Under the pieces are notes generated by a model, which worked only from the letters and a program-made list of their open reading frames with translations, was not told the DNA's origin and did not search any database. Below, one piece after another: positions 1 through 14,474 of a stretch of 64,000 nt of DNA; the stretch's first letter is position 1; each line of letters starts with the position of its first letter. This stretch comes from the human T2T-CHM13v2.0 reference genome, Homo sapiens: assembly GCF_009914755.1 (NCBI RefSeq), contig NC_060935.1. The stretch is one strand, 5' to 3'. A program made the position numbers and the translations under genes.

Positions 1-3000
1 TAAGAATGATTTCCATTTCTTTGAGTATATGCCAAGTAATGGGATTCCTGTGTCAAACAGTAGTTCTATTTTAAGTTCCTTGAGAAATCACCAAACTGCT
101 TTCCACAGTGGCTGAACTATTTTACATGCCCACTTGCTGTGTATAAGCATTCCCTTTTATGTACAACCAGACAAACATCTATTATTTTTTGATTTTTTAA
201 TAATACCCATTCTGATTGGTGTGAGATGGTATCTTATTGTGGTCTTGATTTGCATTTATCTGATGATTAGTGGTGTTGTGCATTGTTTCATATGCTTTCT
301 AGCTGTCTGTGTGTCTTCTGAGACATGTCAGCTCATGACATTTGTCTATTTTTTAATAAGATTGTTTGTTTTTTGTTTGTTAATTGGTTTTAGTTCCTTA
401 TAGTTTCTGGATTTGACCTTTACTGGATGCTTAGTTTGCAAATATTTCATATCTTTCTATAGGTTTTCTATTTACTCTGCTGACAGTTTCTTTTGCTATG
501 TAGGAGCACTTCAATTTAACTAAATACCATTTATCAATTTCGTTTTTGTTGCAATTGCTTTTGGAGTCTTCAAAATGAAATTTTTGCCAGATCGTATGTC
601 CAGAATGGTGTTTCCTACATTATCTTCCAGGGTTTTTATAATTTTGGGTTTTGGATTTAAGTTTTTAATCCATCTTGAGTTGATTTTTTTATATGGTGAA
701 AGGAAGGTGTCCAGTTTCATTCTTCTGCATGTGGCTAGGCAGTTACAACAGCATCATTTATTAAATAGGGAGTTCTTCCCCTATTGCTGTTTTTGTACTT
801 TGTCAAAGATCAGATGGTTGTAGGTGTAAGACTTTATTTCTAGGTTATCTAACCTGTTCCATTGGTCTGTCTGTCTGTCTGAATTTGTATCAGCACCATG
901 CTGTTTTGCTTACTGTAGTCTTTTAGTCTAGTTTGAAGTCAGGAAATGTAATGCCTCCAACTTTGTTCTTTTTGCTTGGAATTGCCTTAGCTATTTGGGC
1001 TCTCTTTTATTTCCATATGAATTTTAGAATACTTTTTTTTTCTAATTCTGTGAAGAATGTCATAGGTAGTTTCATAGGAATAGCACTGAAAATTTAGATT
1101 GCTTTGGGAAGTATGGCCATTTTAACAATATTGATATTGCCTATCCATGACCATGAAATGATTTTTTACTTCTTCATATCATCTCTGATTTCTTTGAGCA
1201 GCGTTTGGTAATTCTTGTTGTAGAGGTCTTTTGCCTCCAGGGTTACCTGTATTCTTAGGTATTTTATAGTTTTTTTTGGCTATTGTTAATGGGATTGTAT
1301 TATTGACTTGGCTCTCAGCTTGGACATTGTTGGTGTATAAAAATGCTACTAAGTTTTGTACATTGATTTTGTATCCTGAAACTTTGCTGAAGTTATTTCT
1401 CAGATCTAAGAACTTTTGGGAAGAAATTACAGAATTTTCTAGATAATTTGATTTCCTCTCTTCCTGTATGGATGTATTTTTTTTCTCTTGCCTAACTGTT
1501 TTAGCTAGGACTTCCAGTAATATGTTGAAGAGGACTGATGAGGATCAGCCTCCTTGTCTTGTTCTAGTTTTCAAAGGGAATGCTTTCAGCTATTGCCCAT
1601 TCAGTATGATGTTGCCTGTAGGTTCGTCATAGATATCTCTTATTACATTGAGGTATGTTCCTTCAATACCTAGTTTGTTGAAAATTTTTAACATGAAGCT
1701 TGTTGAATTTTTCCAAAGCCTTTTCTGCATCTATTGAGATAATCATGTGGTTTTTGCCTTTAGTTCCATTTGATGAATCATATTTATTAATTTGTATATT
1801 TTGAAGCAATATTACATCCCAGTGATAAGCCTAATTAATTGTGTTGGATCAGCTTTTTTAACTGCTGCTTGATTTGGTATGCAAGTATTTTTTTTGAAGA
1901 TTTTTGGGTCTATGTTTATCAAAGATATTGCCCTTAAGTTTTCTTTTTTAGTTGTGTCTCTGCCAGGATTTGAAATTAGTGTGATGCTGGCCTGTTAGAA
2001 TGAGTTAGGAAGGAATCCCTCCTCCTCAATTTTTTGAAATAATTTTAGTAGGAATGGTACCAGTATTCCTTATATATCTGGTATAATTTGGCTGTGAATT
2101 CATCTGGTCCTGGGCTTTTTCTAGTTCATAGGCTTTCTATTTCTGATTCAATTTTGGAACTCATTTTTGGTCTGTTCAGGGATTCAATATATTTCTGGTT
2201 CAATCTGGGGGGGCTGTGTCTTTCCAGGAATTTACCCATTTCTTCTACATTTTCTAGTTGTATGCACAAAGGTGTTTGTAGTAGTTGCTGGTGAGGGTGG
2301 GGAGGTTGTTTGTCTGTGTGGTTGGTGATAATGTCCCTTTTGTCATTTCTGATTGTGTTTATTTGAGTCTTCTCTTGTTTTCTTTATTAGTCTAGCTAAT
2401 TGTCCAACAATCTTATTTATTCTTTCAAAAAAAATAAGCTACAGATTTTTTTAAATCTTTTGTATGGTTTTTGGTGTCTCAGTTTACTTTAGTTCAGCTC
2501 TGATTTTGGTTATTTCTTGTCTTCTGCTACCTTTGGGGTTGGTTTGTTTTTGTTTCTCTAGTTCCTTAAGGTGTGATATTAGGTTGCTAACTTGTGATAT
2601 TTCTAACTTTTTGATGTTGGCATTCAACATTATAAACTTCTTTCTTAACACTGCTTTAGCTGTGTCCCAAAGATTCCAGTATGTCTTATCTTCATTTTTA
2701 TTAGGGTTAAATAATTTCTTGGCCAGGCACCGTGGCTCGTGCCTGTAATCCCAGCACTTTGGGAGGCCAAGGCAGGCAGATCAAGAGGTCAGGAGATTGA
2801 GACCATCCTGACCAACATGGTGAAACCCAGTCTGTACTAAAAATACTAAAATTAGCTGGGCATGGTAGCGTGCGCCTGTTGTCCAGCTACTCAGGAGGCT
2901 GAGGCAGGAGAATCACTTGAACCCTGGAGTCAGAGGTTGCAGTGAGCTGAGATTGCACCACTACAATCCAGCCTGGTGACAGAGTGAGACTCCATCTCAA

Positions 3001-4866
3001 AAAAAAAAAAGAAGAAGAAGAAGAAAAAAGCATTTCTTGATTTCTGCCTTAATTTCATTATTAACCCAAAAGTCATTCAGGAACATGTTTAATTTGCATG
3101 TAATTGTATGGTTTTCACAGATATTCTTAGTATTGATTTCTATTTTTATTGCACTGTGGTTTTAGAATGTGGCTGGTATTACTTTGTTCTTTTTTGAATT
3201 TGTTGAGAACTGTTTTATGGCTGAGCATGTAGTCAACTTTGGAGTATATGCTATGTGCAGATGAGAAGGATATATATTTGTTGTTTGGTGGAGTGTTCTT
3301 TAGTTGCCTGTTAGGTCCATTTGGTCAAGTGTCAAGTTTTCATCCTGAATATCTTTGTTCATTTTCTGCCTCAAAAATCTGCCCAATATAGTGGTGGTAA
3401 AGTCTCCCGCTATTATTGTGTGCTTATCTAAGTCTCTTTGTAAGTCTCTGAGAACTTGTTTTATGAATATGGGTGTGCCAGTGTTAGGTGCATATATATT
3501 AAAGATAGTTAAGTCTTCTTATTGAACAGAACCTTTTATCATTATGGAATGTCCTCCATTGTCTTTTTTAACTGTTGTTGGTTTGAAGTCTGTTTTTTCT
3601 TAAATTAGGATACCAACTCCCTGCTCTTGTTTGTTTTCCCTTTGCTTAGTTGATTTTTCTCCATCCTTTTACTTTGAACCTATGGGTATCATTGCACATG
3701 AGATGCATCTCTTGAAGACAACATACCATTGGGTCTTATTTCTTTGTCCAGCTTTCCACTATGTGCCTTTTATGTGGGGTGTTTAGCCCATTTACATTCA
3801 ATGTTAACATTGATATGTATGGATTTGATCCTGTCATCATGTTGTTAGCTGGTTGTTATGCAGACTTCATTGCGTAGTTTATTTACAGTGTCAATGGTCT
3901 ATGTATTTCAGTGTGTTTTTGTGGTGGCCAGTAACCCTCTTTATTTCCATGTAGAGCACTCCCTTAAGGACCTCTCATAAGGCAGGTCTCATGGTAATAA
4001 ATTTCCTTAGCTTTTGTTTGTCTGAAAAGAATTGTATGTCTCCTTCACCCATGAAGCTTAGTTTGAATGGATATAAAGTTCTTGTTTGGAATTCCTTTTC
4101 TTTAAGAATGCTGAACAGAAATCCTTCAATGTCATCTGGCTTGTAGGGTTTCTGATGAAAGCTTTGCTGCTAGCCTGATGGAATCCCCTGTGTAGGGAAT
4201 TCTCTCTTCTCTCTACCTGCCTTAAATATTTTTTTCTTTCAGGTTGCCCCTGGAGAATTTGATGACTCTATGTCTCGAGGATGAATTTCTTGTATGTAGT
4301 ATCTCACAGGGGTTTTCTGACTTTCCTGAATTAGCTTGTTGACCTCTCTAGCAACTTTGGGAATATTTTGATGAAAAATATCCTCAAATATGGTTTTCAA
4401 GTTGCTTGCACTCTCTCTCTCTTTCAGGGATGCCAATGAGTCACAGGTTTGACTACTCTATATAGTCCTATATTTTTCAGAGGATTTATTCACCTTTTTT
4501 ATACTTTTTCTGACTGAGTTGATTTGAAAAACCAGTCTTGGAGTTCTGAAATTCTTTTTTTGGCTTGACCTATTCTGCTGTTGACATTTTCAATTATATT
4601 ATAAAATTATTGTAGTGAGTTTTTTAGTTCCATAAAATCAGTTTGCTTCTTTCTTAAAATGAGTATTTCATCTTTCAGCTCTTGTATCATTTTATTGAAT
4701 TCCTTAGATTCCTTGAATTGGACTTTGACTTTCTCCTAAATCTTGATGATCTTCTTTGCTATCCCAATTCTGAATTTTATCTTTCATTTCAGCCATTTTT
4801 AGCCTGGTTAAGAACCACTACTGAGGAGCTAGTGCAGCTGTTTGGAGTTAAAAAGACACTCTGGGT
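1..4866 (-). mobile_element. Old LINE-1 (L1PA15-17/L1PB grade): degenerate ORF2 and most of ORF1, 5' end deleted, continues off the left edge
   Basis: Minus-strand ORF fragments 520..720 ([19 protein letters not shown]) and 4239..4436 (ORF1-like) match L1 proteins. Sequence is collinear antisense L1 with many stops and frameshifts. Confidence 0.93.
2721..3029 (+). mobile_element. AluSc-like, full length, inserted in the old L1
   Basis: Two-arm Alu with TCAAGAGGTCAGGAGAT and GCCTGGTGACAGAG diagnostics, A/GAA tail, degenerate TSD AAATAATTTCTT / AAAGCATTTCTT. Confidence 0.93.
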
Positions 4867-5034
4867 GGCCAGGTGTGGTGGCTTATGCCTGTAATCCCAG
4901 CATTTTGGGAGGCAGAGGTGGGCAGATCACGAGGTCAGGAGATGGAGACCATCCTGGCTAACACAGTGAAACCCCGTCTCTACTAAAAATACAAAAAATT
5001 AGCCTGCGAGGTGGTGGGTGCCTGCAGTTTCAGC
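4867..5034 (+). mobile_element. AluY-like, 3' part lost (left arm plus start of right arm)
   Basis: ATCACGAGGTCAGGAGAT...GGCTAACACAGTGAAACCCCGTCTC diagnostics. Stops at CAGC with no tail and no right TSD. Confidence 0.9.
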
Positions 5035-5094
5035 CATGAAGTGCTTTATTTCAGTGAAAAGGTGGAAATTTTCTACTATAGGAAAAAACATAGC
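5035..5094 (+). mobile_element. MER44/Tigger7 DNA transposon fragment (left of the L1PA4 insertion)
   Basis: AAGTGCTT..TTCAGTGAAAAGGTG and TATAGGAAAAAACATAG match the recalled MER44 consensus. Continues at 11257. Confidence 0.7.
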
Positions 5095-6120
5095 GGGGTG
5101 GAGCCAAGATGGCCGAATAGGAACAGCTCCAGTCTACAGCTCCCAGTGTGAGCGACACAGAAGACGGGTGATTTCTGCATTTCCAACTGAGGTACCAGGT
5201 TCATCTTACTGGGGAGTGCCAAACAGTGGGTGCAGGACAGTAGGTGCAGCGCACCATGAATGAGCAGAAGCAGGGCGAGGCATTGCCTCACTCAGGAAGC
5301 ACAAGGGGTCAGGGAATTCCCTTTCCTAGTCAAAGAAAGGGGTGACAGATGGCACCTGGAAAATTGGGGCACTCCCACCCTAATACTGCACTTCTCCAAC
5401 AGGCTTAACAAACAGCACACCAGGAGATTATATCGCACACATGGCTTAGAGGGTCCTACACCCACAGAGCCTCGCTCATTGCTAGCACAGCAGTCTGAGA
5501 TCAAACTGCAAGGTGGCAGCGAGGCTGGGGGAGGGGCGCCCACCAGTGCCGAGGCTTCAGTAGGTAAACAAAATGGCCGGGAAGCTCGAACTGGGTGGAA
5601 TCCACCACAGCTCAATGAGGCCTGCCTGCCTCTGTAGGCTCCACCTCTGGGGGCAGGGCACAGACAAAAAAAGGCAGCAGTAACATCTGAAGACTTAAAT
5701 GTCTGTGTCTGACAGCTCTGAAGAGAGTAGTGGTTCTCCCAGCACGCAGCTTGAGATCTGAGAATGGGCAGACTGCCTCCTCAAGTGGGTCCCTGACCCC
5801 CGAGTAGCCTAACTGGGAGGCACTCCTGAGTAGGGGCACACTGACACCTCACATGGCCAGGTACTCCTCTGAGACAAAACTTCCAGAGGAACGATCAGAC
5901 AGCAGCATTTGCAATTCACCAATATCCGCTGTTCTGCAGCCACCGCTGCTGATACCCAGGCAAACAGGGTCTGGAGTGGACCTCCAACAAACTCCAACAG
6001 ACCTGCAGCTGAGGGTCCTGACTGTTAGAAGGAAAACTAACAAACAGAAAGGACGTCCACACCAAAAACCCATCTGTACGTCACCATCATCAAAGACCAA
6101 AGGTAGATGAAACCACAAAG
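5095..6120. promoter_or_regulatory. L1 5'UTR internal sense and antisense promoter
   Basis: Intact YY1 motif AAGATGGCC at 5106-5114. The segment at ~5868-5995 is the one known to carry the ZNF93 site. Many CpGs have decayed. Confidence 0.75.
5292..5546 (-). pseudogene. L1 ORF0 homolog, frame open but start codon ATG changed to CTG
   Basis: Translation (L)VGAPPPASLPPCSLISDCCASNERGSVGVGPS... matches primate L1 ORF0. CTG lies at 5546-5544. Confidence 0.8.
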
Positions 6121-7138
6121 ATGGGGAAAAAACAGAGCAGAAAAACTGGAAACTCTAAAAATCAGAGTGCCTCTCCTCCTCCAAAGGAACGCAGCTCCTC
6201 ACCAGCAATGGAACAAAGCTGGACGGAGAATGACTTTGACGAGTTGAGAGAAGAAGGCTTCAGAAGATCAAACTACTCTGAGCTAAAGGAGGAAGTTCAA
6301 ACCAATGGCAAAGAAGTTAATAACCTTGAAAAAAAATCAGACGAATGCCTAACTAGAATAACCAATACAAAGAAGTCATTAAAGGACCAGATGGAGCTGA
6401 AAACCAAGGCATGAGAACTATGTGACGAATGCACAAGCCTCAGTAGCCAATGCAATCAACTGGAAGAAAGCGTATCAGTGATGGAAGATGAAATGAATGA
6501 AATGAAGTTAGAAGAGAAGTTTAGAGAAAAAAGAATAAAAAGAAACAAACAAAGCCTCCAAGAAATATGGGACTATGTGAAAAGACCAAATCTACGTCTG
6601 ATAGGTGTACCTGAAAGTGATGGGGAGAATGGAACCAAGTTGGAAAACACTCTGCAGGATATTATCCAGGAGAACTTCCCCAATCTAGCAAGGCAGGCCA
6701 ACATTCAAATTCAGGAAATACAGAGAATGCCACAAAGATACTCCTCAAGAAGAGCAACTCCAAGACAAATAATTGTCAGATTCACCAAAGCTGAAATGAA
6801 GTAAAAAAATGTTAAGGGCAGCCAGAGAGAAAGGTCGGGTTACCCACAAAGGGAAGCCCATCAGACTAACAGCTGATCTCTCCGTGGAAACTCTACAAGC
6901 CAGAAGAGAGTGGGGGCCAATATTCAACATTCTTAAAGAAAAGAATTTTCAACCCAGAATTTCATATCCAGCCAAACTAAGCTTCATAAGTGAAGGAGAA
7001 ATAAAATCCTTTACAGACAAGCAAATGCTGAGAGATTTTGTCACCACCAGGCCTGCCCTAAAAGAGCTCCTGAAGGAAGCAGTAAACATGGAAAGGAAAA
7101 ACTGGTACCAGCCACTGCAAAAACAAGTAAAATTGTAA
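6121..7138 (+). pseudogene. L1 ORF1p (RNA-binding chaperone), disrupted
   Basis: MGKKQSRKTGNSK... Premature TGA at 6412-6414 (CGA>TGA) and a stop/frameshift near 6802. C-terminus ...YQPLQKQVKL. Confidence 0.95.
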
Positions 7139-7200
7139 AGACCATTGAGGCTAGAAAGAAACTGCATCAACTAATGAGCAAATAACCAGCTAACATCATA

Positions 7201-11028
<3,828 letters not shown>

Positions 11029-11256
11029 ACAATGAGAATACATGGACACAGGAAGAGGAACATCACACAAAGGGGACTGTTGTGGGGTGGGGGGAGGTGG
11101 GAGGGTTAGCATTAGAAGATATACCTAGTGCTAAATGACGAGTTAGTGGGTGCAGCACACCAACATGGCACATGTATACATATGTAACAAACCTGCACGT
11201 TATGCACATGTACCCTAAAACTTAAAGTATAATAATAATAAAATTAAAAAAATAGC

Positions 11257-11347
11257 ATAGTTTAAATAGGATTTTGGTACTATCTGTGATTTCAAGCCTC
11301 CACTTGGAGTCTTAGAATGTATCTCTGTGGATAAGTATGAACTACTG
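11257..11347 (+). mobile_element. MER44/Tigger7 right end with terminal inverted repeat
   Basis: GGTACTATCTGTGATTTCAAGCCTCCAC...GTGGATAAG...ACTACTG matches the MER44 terminus. Confidence 0.75.
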
Positions 11348-11418
11348 TGTGTGTGAGTGTGTGTGTGTGTGTACATATATATACATATATATGTGTGTGT
11401 GTATATATGTATATATGT
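11346..11418. repeat. (TG)n/(TA)n compound microsatellite
   Basis: Seen directly. Confidence 0.95.
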
Positions 11419-11424
11419 TGGTAT

Positions 11425-12980
11425 GAATGATGGTGTCTCGTCTCACACAGCTCTGGGGCACTTTGTTTTTCTCCATTCTGTTTTCTCTCTGATCTTCAGA
11501 ATGCATAATCTCAATTGTCATATCTTCCAGTTCACTGATTCTTTAAACAGCTCAAATGTGCTGTTTAACCCCTCTAGTGATTTTTTTTTTCTCTTCAATG
11601 ATTATACTTTTCGCTCCAGAAATTCTATTTGGCTCTTTTTATTGTTTCTATCTATGGATATTCTTTAGTTAGAGAAGCATTTCTTACACTTTCCTTTATA
11701 TGTTCAGATTGTTTTATCCTTTAACATATTTATAATAGATAATTTAAATTCACTATCGTAAGTAAAACATCTGAATTTCTTCAGGGACAATTTCTATTGT
11801 CTGCTTTTTATTTCTGTGTGAATAGGCCACACTTTCCTGTTTCTTCACATATCTATTAAATTTGTTTTTTAAAACTGGTTATTTTGAATAATATTTGAGG
11901 CAAGTCTGGAAAATCAGACCTACTCCCCCAAACCATGGTTTTTTATTATTGCTGTTTATTGTTGCTACTGTTGTTGTTGTTATTGTTGCTGCTGCTACTA
12001 CTACTGTTTGTTTAAGGAATTTGTTTATCCAGTTCTGCAAACTCTATATACTTTGTTATGTTTTATCCCTGACTGGAGTCTCTGCTTGGTTAGCTCAGTG
12101 GTTAGCTAATGACTGAACAGAGATGTTCTTAAATATCTTGAATCGGTAAGTCCCCCATCATTTGCTATGGGACTGTGTGTGTGTGGTAGAGCACAAAGTC
12201 AACACTGAATGTTTACTTCCTGCTTGCAGAGACCCTCAAGTTCAGCAAGAGGTGAAAGATTAAGGTCTTCTCAGGTTTTTGCTGCTGTTGTTTTTGCTGT
12301 TGTTTTAATGCAGAGGCCTCACAGCTACCAGGAGTTATGTATACAGTCCTGTACATGCACATGCCTTCTAAATTCCAGGAATATGTCAGAGCTTTCCAAT
12401 GCCTTGTAGAAGCATCTCAATTCCAAGATTTTCCTTTAAAGTTTTTGGTCAGTCTCTTATTTGCCTCAACTGGCATCCCCACCCTACACAGTTGTAATGT
12501 TAAACAATTGGCCAATGATCCTCATCAAATGCCCTGGGAAAAGGACTTTTCCCACTGAATGATCTCTGAGTCAGATCAAACAAAGACAAACCTTGTAAGA
12601 AGAAGCTTTTCTAGGGAACTGTTGGGTGAGTCAAAGAGTGACAATTCCCTGGGGACAGGTCTTCTTGAGAAACATCCAACCTTTTCTGACCCCTGTAGTA
12701 ACTATTAGGCATCTGGACTTTTTCGCTGCCATGGTTATAAGCCTGCTAGTTTTCCACACTGCTGGGGACCCGGAGATTAGGAGATTGGAATAGAATAAGT
12801 CGAAACACCACATTCTCACCGTTCTCACTAATCTCCAGCCATTTTTCTTAAACAGTCCTCAAATTTTTGCAAGCTTTTGGCTAATTTCCAGAGTTCTGAA
12901 AAAGTTTGACTTCAATAATTCTTGCCACTGTTGCTTTTATAAAGGAGTAGATTTTTGAAGGTCTTTACTTTGCCATTCAG
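11425..12980 (-). mobile_element. Ancient L1M-type (MC/MD grade) 5'/ORF1 region
   Basis: Antisense L1M motifs CAGTTCACTGATTCTTT..CTCAAATGTGCTGTTTAACCCCTCTAGTGA and CTCCAGAAATTCTATTTGG. Confidence 0.65.
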
Positions 12981-13059
12981 GAATTTTTTTCTCCTAAATA
13001 TTTTTTAACGCACTAGTCTAACCATTCAACTTTTTAAAAAAGATTATGCAAAAGCTTCT

Positions 13060-14153
13060 TTAATTTCTAGATAAGGTCCCAAAAATGACCTACAAGGTCT
13101 TGTGAAATCCATTCTTACCTACCCCTTAGACTTGCTGAGGCTCAGGAAATAACACCCCAAAGTATGGCACCTTGGTACACTGAGAAATTTGAACTGAAAA
13201 ACATTAGAAGGTCATCAGAAGCAAAGTGTCTTTCTCACCTCCTGCCCTTCTTTTCTGCTGCTTTCCTTCCATTTCTAAGGCAAGCCCTAGAAACTAGAAT
13301 CCCTCTTCCCCAAAGTGGGTCTTAGAAACCAGAATCCTTCTCCCCCAAAACCAGCCATAAAACCTAGAAATATTGCTCTAATCTTCCCCTGCTTTTCTGT
13401 ATAAGACCCAGTTTTAAAGAAATGTTTTGAGTTACCTTGTCTGAAAGTAGATTATAAAACCATCATTCCAGAAGGGATCCTGCCCCATAACTGGGCGGAA
13501 GAAATGTCACAACAAGACCAAGAATGTTTCAAACAGATAGGCCTTGCTAGGTTTCCCCACTCAGTCTATTATTATTAGATCATTCCCTTTTTGTCCAATC
13601 ATATTTCTACATGGCTGTACAATCTGGATTAATTAAATATGTTCTACTTTTCTCTTGTTAACTTGTCTTTTGTTATAGGAATACCAGCCATGACCCATAG
13701 GATGAAGAAAACAGGTACTACACTCTTTCCACCCCTACACCCTCAAACTCTATTATTCTCCCCCTAGGCCTCCTTCTGATACCTATAATAAGCCATCTTC
13801 CTACCGGCCATTTGCACAGTTTATTCTTTCTCTGACTCCCTCTTCCCACCATTCCTCTCATCAGGCCGATTCCTATCAACTCTCAGGTCTCCCTGTAAAT
13901 GCCATTTCCTACGGGAGGCTTTTCTGACTCACAGGCAAGATTCAGTCTTCATCAAATGCTCTCATGGTACCCTGTGTTTCTCCTTCATAGCCTTTATCGT
14001 AACTGTAATGAAATGTAGTTTCTGTAAGTATTTGCTGAATATTAACAATTGTGATGGCAGAGATTTAATCGGGCTCAGAGGAAAATGGCAAATAAATGTT
14101 TATTGAAATGAATAAATGAGTGAGTGAATGAATGCAAGAATAGAAGAAATGCA
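13060..14153 (+). mobile_element. L2 3' fragment (split by an LTR)
   Basis: L2-like core ending in AATAAATGTTTATTGAAATGAATAAATGAGTGAGTGAATGAATG. Confidence 0.65.
13133..13739 (+). mobile_element. ERV1 solo LTR, MER39/MER34 group
   Basis: TG...CA ends. ACCCCAAAGTATGGC, TAGAAACCAGAATCC repeats and GGGTTTCCCCACTCAGTCTATT motifs. Confidence 0.75.
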
Positions 14154-14309
14154 ATATGCAAATATCTGGCTACCAAAGTTGTTCTGTCTTGCAGAAAGTC
14201 AGTAAAGAGAGAGACGGACATCATTGAAGTACCACAAAAACCCCATACAGATAAAAGTCCCTCGTTTTGTACATGAGCATACCATATTCAGGTGAGCAAG
14301 ATTGTTTTG

Positions 14310-14474
14310 TACCAGCTGCCAATCCAGGCTGCAAATTGCATGAGAAAACTTTATCCATACCCAGGCAAGAGCCCCAGAAATTCTGTAATCATTTGCATTT
14401 AATGCAGCCCAGGAGCGTGTTTTTAAAAAGCTCTGTAAATAATTCTAACATGCAGTTAGGTTTGAGAACCACTA
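14310..14474. mobile_element. MER5A hAT-Charlie MITE
   Basis: TTTTTAAAAAGCTC...ATTCTAACATGCAG..AGGTTTGAGAACCACT terminus. Confidence 0.7.

Noticed and set aside
11071-11105. G-quadruplex motif
   Set aside because: Ordinary feature of L1PA 3'UTRs.
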